NCBI GenBank assembly: GCA_937871685.1
Contig: CALMOL010000128.1
Location: 1 to 40,593, forward strand
Source: an uncultured Verrucomicrobiota bacterium
GTDB taxonomy: Bacteria > Verrucomicrobiota > Verrucomicrobiia > Chthoniobacterales > SZAS-18
Length of the DNA stretch: 40,593 nucleotides
Direction: 5' to 3'
A program made the translations under genes and the position numbers. Each line of letters opens with the position of its first letter. The stretch's first letter is position 1. Below the pieces are notes generated by a model. It had not been told where the DNA came from. It did not search any database and was given only the letters and a program-made list of their open reading frames with translations. Of the stretch, positions 34,974 to 40,593 are shown piece by piece.

Positions 34974-35559
34974 CGTCTCGTGCGTTTCGATCCGCCCGAT
35001 TGTTCGCCATGGTTGGACAAGGCGGCGTGCGCAGGTTGAATGGGTGTTCCCGATGCCTCCTGACGCAGCCGCCGACTCGCCCGATCCTTCTCCCGAGCTG
35101 GCCAACGCGCCCGCGCACCCCGGATCGGAAGGTTCGGAAGGTGGGGGCCGCCGCCGGCGCGGGGGTCGCGGCCGGCGGCGGGAAGGCGGGCCGCTCATCC
35201 CGCCGGGCGAGCAAGTTTCCCGCTCGGAGCCCGTGGAATGGCGGCCGGGCCAGGGACGCGCGGAACGGCCTGGCGGTGGAGAAGCGCCGGCCGCAGACCA
35301 GCCCCGGCCCCCGCGCCGGGAGCGCCCGCCACGCGAGCCGGCTCCGCCGTCCGACGAGAGAGCGCGCCCAGAGGTGACATCGAATAGGACGGATGGGACA
35401 CATAGGTCCCATGGGTCGTCTAAGTCCCATCCGCCTGCGGAACGTCCCCCGCGTGACCGGGGCGAGCGTGCCGCCAAGCCTTCCCGCGAGCGCGGCGGCC
35501 GCGCCCCGCGGTCCGACCGCGGGCCGGAAGAGCCCCGCGCCACCGTGCCCATCCCGAAG

Positions 35560-36603
35560 ATGGACTACGCCAAGGAGCTCGGCGGTGACCTCCTCGCCGG
35601 CGTTTCGCGCTCCTTTAATCTGACGATCCAGCTCTTGCCCGAGCCGGTCCGCGCGCCGGTGAGCCTCGGTTACCTCCTCGCGCGTTTGCTCGACACGATC
35701 GCGGACGCCGCCGAGGCCGCGCCTGCCGCCGTGCGCCGCGAGCGCCTGCGCGACTTCGTCGTGATGCTCAAGCACGGCCCCGACGCCGAGGCGCTCGCCG
35801 CGCTGCGCAAGGACATCACGCAGCGCCTGCCCGAGGGCGACGAAAAGCGCCTGCTCGGCCAAGCCCTGCCGCTGCTCGGCTGGCTCGCCTCCATGCCGGC
35901 GGGCGACCGCTCCGACCTTGCGCGCGTGCTGCTGCGCATCGGCCACGGCCAGGAGCTGGACCTCATCCGCTTCGGCGACGGCACCCGCGCCGAGGATCCC
36001 GCCCAGCGCGGGGCCAAGGCTCTCGCCACCGCGCGCGAACTGGAGGATTACACGTATTTCGTGGCCGGTGGCGTGGGGGAGTTTTGGACCCGCGTGTGCG
36101 CGCGCCACCTCGGCGAGGATTTCGCGGAGTTGCCCGTCGCCGAGATGCTGCGCCTTGGCCGCCACTACGGCAAAGGCCTCCAGGTCATCAACGTGCTGCG
36201 CGACCTCCGCGCGGACCTCGAAAACGGCCGGAGCTACCTGCCGCTGGAGGAACTGCAGCCCCTCGGCCTCGCGCCGGGCGACCTCCTCTCGCACCCCCGC
36301 GAGGCGCTGGCGGTGATCGACCGCTGGCGCGAGCGCGCCGTGGCCTTGCTTGACGACGGATGGCGCTACGTGGGCGCCATCAAGGAATGGCCGCTGCGCT
36401 ACGCGTGCGCGCTGCCGATCCTCATCGGCCTGGAAACGCTCGGCCTCGTCGTCGAGCAGAACCCGCTGGAGCAGGCTGGTCCCGTGAAGCTTCCGCGCTC
36501 CAAGACGATGGCCACGCTCTTCAAGGCCAAGCTCGGCCGCCTCGCCCAGGCATGGCTCAACGGCATGTATGCCCGTCGCCGGAAGAAGGCCGCGGGCGGG
36601 TGA
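35560..36603 (+). CDS. squalene/phytoene synthase family protein (HpnC/HpnD-like)
   Basis: SRSFNLTIQLLP, LLARLLDTIAD, YFVAGGVGEF, NVLRDLRADLENGRSYLP. The start is taken at ATG 35560; the in-frame upstream 172 codons are low-complexity. Confidence 0.8.
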   Translation: MDYAKELGGDLLAGVSRSFNLTIQLLPEPVRAPVSLGYLLARLLDTIADAAEAAPAAVRRERLRDFVVMLKHGPDAEALAALRKDITQRLPEGDEKRLLGQALPLLGWLASMPAGDRSDLARVLLRIGHGQELDLIRFGDGTRAEDPAQRGAKALATARELEDYTYFVAGGVGEFWTRVCARHLGEDFAELPVAEMLRLGRHYGKGLQVINVLRDLRADLENGRSYLPLEELQPLGLAPGDLLSHPREALAVIDRWRERAVALLDDGWRYVGAIKEWPLRYACALPILIGLETLGLVVEQNPLEQAGPVKLPRSKTMATLFKAKLGRLAQAWLNGMYARRRKKAAGG

Positions 36604-36654
36604 AGCGTGCCGGCTTTCCGCTTTTCCTCGCCGGCCACGATGCCAAGTTAGGGC

Positions 36655-37227
36655 ATGAGCAAGCGCGCGGAACTACTGCCGGCGATGCCCCTGCACCGCT
36701 TCACGGTGAAGGACTACCTGCGCATGGGTGAGACGGGCATCCTGGACGAGGACGACCGCGTCGAACTCATTGACGGCCAGATCATCGCCATGTCCCCCAT
36801 CGGTTTCCGACACGCCAAGATGGTGAATCGCCTCACTCGTATCCTCGTGCGCTTGGCCGGCGACGAGGCGGAGGTTTCGCCGCAGAATCCGGTCGAACTC
36901 GACCGCTATGGGATGCCGCAGCCGGACTTGGCGCTCATCTCGGCGGAATGCACCGCGCACGCGCGCCCAAAAGACACGCACTTGGTAATCGAGGTATCCG
37001 ATTCCACGCTGAACTTCGACCTCAAGGTCAAGGCACAGCACTACGCCCGCACCGGCATCCGAGAATATTGGGTCGTGGACGTGGACAACGAGGTGCTTTG
37101 GATTCACCGCAGCCCGCGCCGCAATGGCACCTACGCGAGCGTCGTGGCGCTCGAAGCGAATGAGACGGTGATCTGCGAATCACTCCCCGCGGTGCGTATC
37201 ACGCGGGCCGACTTGGGGTGGAAGTAA
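36655..37227 (+). CDS. Uma2-family (DUF820) endonuclease
   Basis: FTVKDYLRMGETGIL..RVELIDGQI..MSP...PDLALI...LVIEVSDST...DLKVKAQHYARTGIREYWVVD. Confidence 0.8.
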   Translation: MSKRAELLPAMPLHRFTVKDYLRMGETGILDEDDRVELIDGQIIAMSPIGFRHAKMVNRLTRILVRLAGDEAEVSPQNPVELDRYGMPQPDLALISAECTAHARPKDTHLVIEVSDSTLNFDLKVKAQHYARTGIREYWVVDVDNEVLWIHRSPRRNGTYASVVALEANETVICESLPAVRITRADLGWK

Positions 37228-37230
37228 CCT

Positions 37231-38400
37231 TCAGATCGCCGCCAGCGCGTCGCGCAAGTCGGCGATGAGGTCGTCGCAGTCCTCCACTCCGACGGACAGG
37301 CGGATGAGGTTGTCCGTGACACCGAGGGCATTGCGTTGCTCGACGGGGATGGAGCCGTGGGTCATCAGCGCGGGGTGATTCACGAGGCTCTCGACGCCAC
37401 CGAGGCTTTCAGCGAGCGAGAAGAGGTGCGTGTTCTCAAGGAAGCGCCGCGTGCCGGCGAGGTCGGTCTTCAGCGTCGCGGAGACCATGCCGCCGAAGCC
37501 CTTGGGCATCTGGCGCTTGGCCAGCGCGTGCTGTGGATGATCCGGGAGGCCGGGGAAGTGAACCTTTGCCACCTGCGGTTGCTCGGCGAGCCAGGGGGCG
37601 ATCCGCGCGGCGCTGGCGCAGTGGCGCTCCATGCGCAGCGCGAGGGTTTTGATGCCGCGCAGCGCGAGGAACGAGTCGAAGGGCCCCAGCACGCCGCCGA
37701 TGGCGTTTTGGAGGTAGCCGACGCTCTCGGCCAGCTCGGCGTGGCGCGGGTCCTTCCCCACGATCGCGAGGCCGCCGACCATGTCGGAGTGGCCGTTGAG
37801 ATACTTGGTGGCCGAGTGGATCACCACGTCGAAGCCGAGGTCGAGCGGGCGCTGGAGATACGGCGTCGCGAAGGTGTTGTCGGCCACCGACCACGCACCG
37901 TGCCCGCGCGCGATCTCGGCCACGGCGGCAAGATCGATCAGCTTAAGCATCGGGTTGCTCGGGGTTTCGACCCAGATCATGCGCGTCTCGGGCCGCAGCG
38001 CCTTCTTCACGGCGGAAGGGTCGCTCATGTCGAGGAACGTGAACGAGTGCCCGGCCGAGCGCTTGCGCACGCGCTCGAAGAGGCGGTAGGTGCCGCCGTA
38101 GAGGTCGTCGGACGCGATGACGTGCGAGCCGGCGTCGAGCGCGTCGAGCACGGTGGACATCGCCGCGAGGCCGGAGGCGAACGCGAAGGCGCGCGAGCCG
38201 TTCTCCAGGTCCACGACGCAGCGCTCCAGCGCGGAGCGGGTGGGGTTGATCGAGCGCGCGTAGTCGTAGCCCTTGTGCACGCCGGGCGAGTCCTGCACGT
38301 AGGTGCTCGTGGCGTAGATGGGCGGCATGATCGCGCCCGTGGACGGGTCGGGCGACTGGCCGGCGTGAATAACGCGGGTGGCGAAGGCGTGCGAAGACAT
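37231..38400 (-). CDS. PLP-dependent cystathionine gamma-lyase/gamma-synthase family enzyme
   Basis: TRVIHAGQ..., YARSINPTR, and a SATKYLNGHSD-type lysine motif (HSATKYLNGHSDMVGG). Confidence 0.9.
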   Translation of the reverse strand: MSSHAFATRVIHAGQSPDPSTGAIMPPIYATSTYVQDSPGVHKGYDYARSINPTRSALERCVVDLENGSRAFAFASGLAAMSTVLDALDAGSHVIASDDLYGGTYRLFERVRKRSAGHSFTFLDMSDPSAVKKALRPETRMIWVETPSNPMLKLIDLAAVAEIARGHGAWSVADNTFATPYLQRPLDLGFDVVIHSATKYLNGHSDMVGGLAIVGKDPRHAELAESVGYLQNAIGGVLGPFDSFLALRGIKTLALRMERHCASAARIAPWLAEQPQVAKVHFPGLPDHPQHALAKRQMPKGFGGMVSATLKTDLAGTRRFLENTHLFSLAESLGGVESLVNHPALMTHGSIPVEQRNALGVTDNLIRLSVGVEDCDDLIADLRDALAAI

Positions 38401-38410
38401 GAGCGGAAGT

Positions 38411-38890
38411 TCAGGCATACACGGCGTCCAGGTCCACCGTCGCACCGGTGCCAGCGTCCGTGACTACGCCGCTGGTGTGCTGTTCCGGGCGGCTGCTGCG
38501 GCTTAGAATCGTCAAGGAGCGAAACTCCGGCGCGAACAGCCACACCGTGTCCACGCCAAGGCGGTGGTAATCCCGCACCTTGCGCGACACCTCGCCGAGC
38601 GTTTGCGAGGGGGACTGGATTTCCACCACGAGCGGCGGAACGCGCGATTCTACCGGAGGCTCGTTGGCCCAATCGCTGGGCTGGAAGGGCAGGAGGCAGA
38701 GGTCTGGGGTCATCTTCCTGATCGTCGGGTCCGGCTGGATCGTCAGCTCTGGACAGACCTCGTAGCGATCCTGCCGGAGAAGCTGCGCGGTGAGCCTTCC
38801 CTGCACGCGGGAGTGATTGACGTTTGGCATGGGCTTTCCTCGCTCCTCCTCGTAGGTGAACTGACGCTCGGCGACGACATCGGTGCTCAT
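38411..38890 (-). CDS. Uma2-family (DUF820) endonuclease
   Basis: FTYEEERGKPMPNVNHSRVQGRL...PDLCLL...PLVVEIQSPSQ...RKVRDYHRLGVDTVWL. It sits 10 nt upstream of the gamma-lyase gene and 43 nt downstream of the CBS gene. Confidence 0.7.
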   Translation of the reverse strand: MSTDVVAERQFTYEEERGKPMPNVNHSRVQGRLTAQLLRQDRYEVCPELTIQPDPTIRKMTPDLCLLPFQPSDWANEPPVESRVPPLVVEIQSPSQTLGEVSRKVRDYHRLGVDTVWLFAPEFRSLTILSRSSRPEQHTSGVVTDAGTGATVDLDAVYA

Positions 38891-38933
38891 GATTTCAAAG
38901 GCTACCGCGCCCCCCGGCGCGGGCAAACGCCGC

Positions 38934-40328
38934 TCACTTCATCTTCCGCCGCAGATACGTCAGCAGGTCGGTGCGCGTGATGAGGCCGTGGAAGCGGCCT
39001 TCCTCGCACACGATCACGACGAGGTTGCGGTCGAGGATGGCCATCACTTTTTCGATGGAGTCGCTCGGCGCGACGGTCTCCAGGCCGCCGGTCATCGCGG
39101 TGCGCACGGGGTCGCGGTAGCGGTCGGGGTCCTCGTGGACGCGCACCAGCACGTCGGACTCGTCGAGGATGCCGGCCACGGTGCCGTCGGCGGCGAGCAC
39201 GGGCACCTGCGAGATGTCGGCCAGGCGCATGCGCTTGAACGCGGTGAGCAGCGTGTCGTCGGGGCCGACGGAGATCACGTCGGAGTCCTCGTGGCGGCGC
39301 GAGATCACGTCGCGCAGGTCGCCGTAGTTGGCGCGGTCGAGGTAGCCCTGCTCGATCATCCACGTGTCGTTATACATCTTGGAGAGGTATTTGTTGCCGG
39401 AGTCGCACACGAAGGTGACCACGCGCTTGGGCGAGGTCTGCTCGCGGCAGTAGCGCAGCGCGGCGGCCAGGAGCGTGCCGGTGGACGAGCCGCCGAGGAT
39501 GCCTTCCTCGTGCAGGAGCTCGCGCGCCACGCCGAGCGCCTCGGCATCAGGGACCGTGTAGCCCTTTTTTGTCAGGCTCATGTCGCAGATGCCGGGGATG
39601 AAGTCCTCGCCGATGCCTTCCACGACCCAGCTCCCGGCCTGGCCGATGCGGCCGGTCGCGATGTAGTCCACGAGGATGGAGCCGGCGGGGTCCGCCAGCA
39701 CCATCTCGCAATGCGGCTGCACGGAGGCGAAGAAGCGTCCGAGGCCGGTGAGCGTGCCGCCGGAGCCGACGCCGACCACGACGGCGTCCACATCGTGGCC
39801 CATCTGCTCCCAGATCTCCGGGCCGGTGAGGCGCTCGTGGGCGCGGGGGTTGTCGGGGTTGTTGAACTGGTTGACGTAGAACGCGCCGGGGATGGTCTGC
39901 GCGAGGCGCTCGGCCACGTCCTGGTAATATTCCGGGTGGCCTTTGCCCACGTCGGAGCGCGTGATGCGGCACTCGGCGCCGAGACCCTTGAGGTGGAAGA
40001 CTTTCTCCTGCGCCATCTTGTCGGGGATGACGAGGATGATGCGGTAGCCCTTGGCGCGCGCGACGAGGGCGAGGCCGAGGCCGGTGTTGCCGGCGGTGGC
40101 CTCGATGATGGTGCCGCCGGGCTTGAGCCGGCCGTCAAGCTCGGCGGCCTCGACCATCGCCAGGGCGATGCGGTCCTTGATGGAGCCGGTGGGGTTTTGG
40201 TTCTCCAGCTTCACGAAGAGCCGGCAGGGGCCGGTGTCCAAGCGGGTGATCTCGACGAGCGGCGTGTTGCCGATGAGGGCGAGCACGCCGGGGGGCGCCA
40301 TTTCCGAAGCGGGGGCAGGGGAAGTCAT
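38934..40328 (-). CDS. cystathionine beta-synthase (PLP cysteine-synthase fold plus tandem CBS domains)
   Basis: GNTPLV...NPTGSIKDR, GSGGT, and a C-terminal CBS pair (VISVGPDDTLLTAFKRM...ISQVPVL...GLITRTDLLTYL). The ATG is at 40328. Confidence 0.88.
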   Translation of the reverse strand: MTSPAPASEMAPPGVLALIGNTPLVEITRLDTGPCRLFVKLENQNPTGSIKDRIALAMVEAAELDGRLKPGGTIIEATAGNTGLGLALVARAKGYRIILVIPDKMAQEKVFHLKGLGAECRITRSDVGKGHPEYYQDVAERLAQTIPGAFYVNQFNNPDNPRAHERLTGPEIWEQMGHDVDAVVVGVGSGGTLTGLGRFFASVQPHCEMVLADPAGSILVDYIATGRIGQAGSWVVEGIGEDFIPGICDMSLTKKGYTVPDAEALGVARELLHEEGILGGSSTGTLLAAALRYCREQTSPKRVVTFVCDSGNKYLSKMYNDTWMIEQGYLDRANYGDLRDVISRRHEDSDVISVGPDDTLLTAFKRMRLADISQVPVLAADGTVAGILDESDVLVRVHEDPDRYRDPVRTAMTGGLETVAPSDSIEKVMAILDRNLVVIVCEEGRFHGLITRTDLLTYLRRKMK

Positions 40329-40355
40329 GCGGTTCCTTAGCCGGGAAGCGGAGGG

Positions 40356-40476
40356 GTGAGAAGTGAGAAGTGAACGGTGAGAAGTGGGGCAGGCCGGAGC
40401 ACGACGTTTTCGACCCGGTCGGATGCTCCCGGTTTCCGCTTGCGCCACTTCTCACCTCTCACTTCTCACCGATCAC
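40356..40476. repeat. heptamer-repeat hairpin element (GTGAGAA arms)
   Basis: gtgagaagtgagaagtgaacggtgagaagtgg versus ccacttctcacctctcacttctcaccgatcac. Confidence 0.75.
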
Positions 40477-40593
40477 GCCTCCAACGTGCGTGGCAGCCAC
40501 GCGTCCATCGCCGCGATCCATCTCGTCAAATCGGGCGTGGTCGCGCCGGGCGCGGGGCCGTCAAGCGCGGGAAACGCGGCGCGGGCGGGCGGG
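40472..40593 (-). CDS. 3' end of an unidentified gene (partial at the window edge)
   Basis: The minus-strand frame is open from the window edge to TGA (complement of 40472-40474), ending ...WIAAMDAWLPRTLEA. No family assignable. Confidence 0.25.

Noticed and set aside
33756-35552. 598-aa version of the hemW ORF
   Set aside because: The N-terminal roughly 190 codons are Arg/Gly/Pro-rich low complexity, antisense to the equally low-complexity plus-frame ORF, and include repeat elements. The radical-SAM motif lies immediately after the ATG 34973 / TTG 34862 candidates.

Overview
This is a high-G+C bacterial chromosomal segment, mostly housekeeping genes. The repeat style suggests Verrucomicrobiota/Opitutales, but that is only a guess. 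Recognisable genes are a dynamin-like GTPase, Nudix hydrolase, mutM, an ECF sigma/anti-sigma pair, skp, an OmpR/HK two-component pair, argH, ligA, aguB-like amidase, cyclophilin, cca, pgi, three entericidin-like lipoproteins, tcdA-like ThiF protein, SPFH protein, VOC protein, xseA, hemW, a squalene/phytoene synthase, and a CBS plus cystathionine gamma-lyase/synthase operon with two Uma2 nuclease genes. The outstanding feature is an accessory, visibly AT-richer segment (about 3517-8551) next to a canonical tRNA(CAT). It carries a dense 2.8-kb head-to-tail array of about 27 tRNA-like genes (5074-7885, + strand). By hand folding, their anticodons cover 19 of 20 amino acids; only His was not found. 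Most units have a non-canonical T-loop (NGC instead of TTC) and D-loops without GG, yet keep acceptor and identity features. The array is interrupted by a 226-bp nested palindrome and ends at an HNH endonuclease gene. A second layer of unexplained structure fills many intergenic gaps: long hairpin elements whose arms are tandem heptamer repeats, giving unrelated genes near-identical leaders. There are also two degenerate 21-bp-period tandem arrays and a dispersed palindromic GGAGTGCGGTGGCAAGC repeat family. All RNA folds, repeat counts and start-codon choices were made by eye and need computational confirmation.
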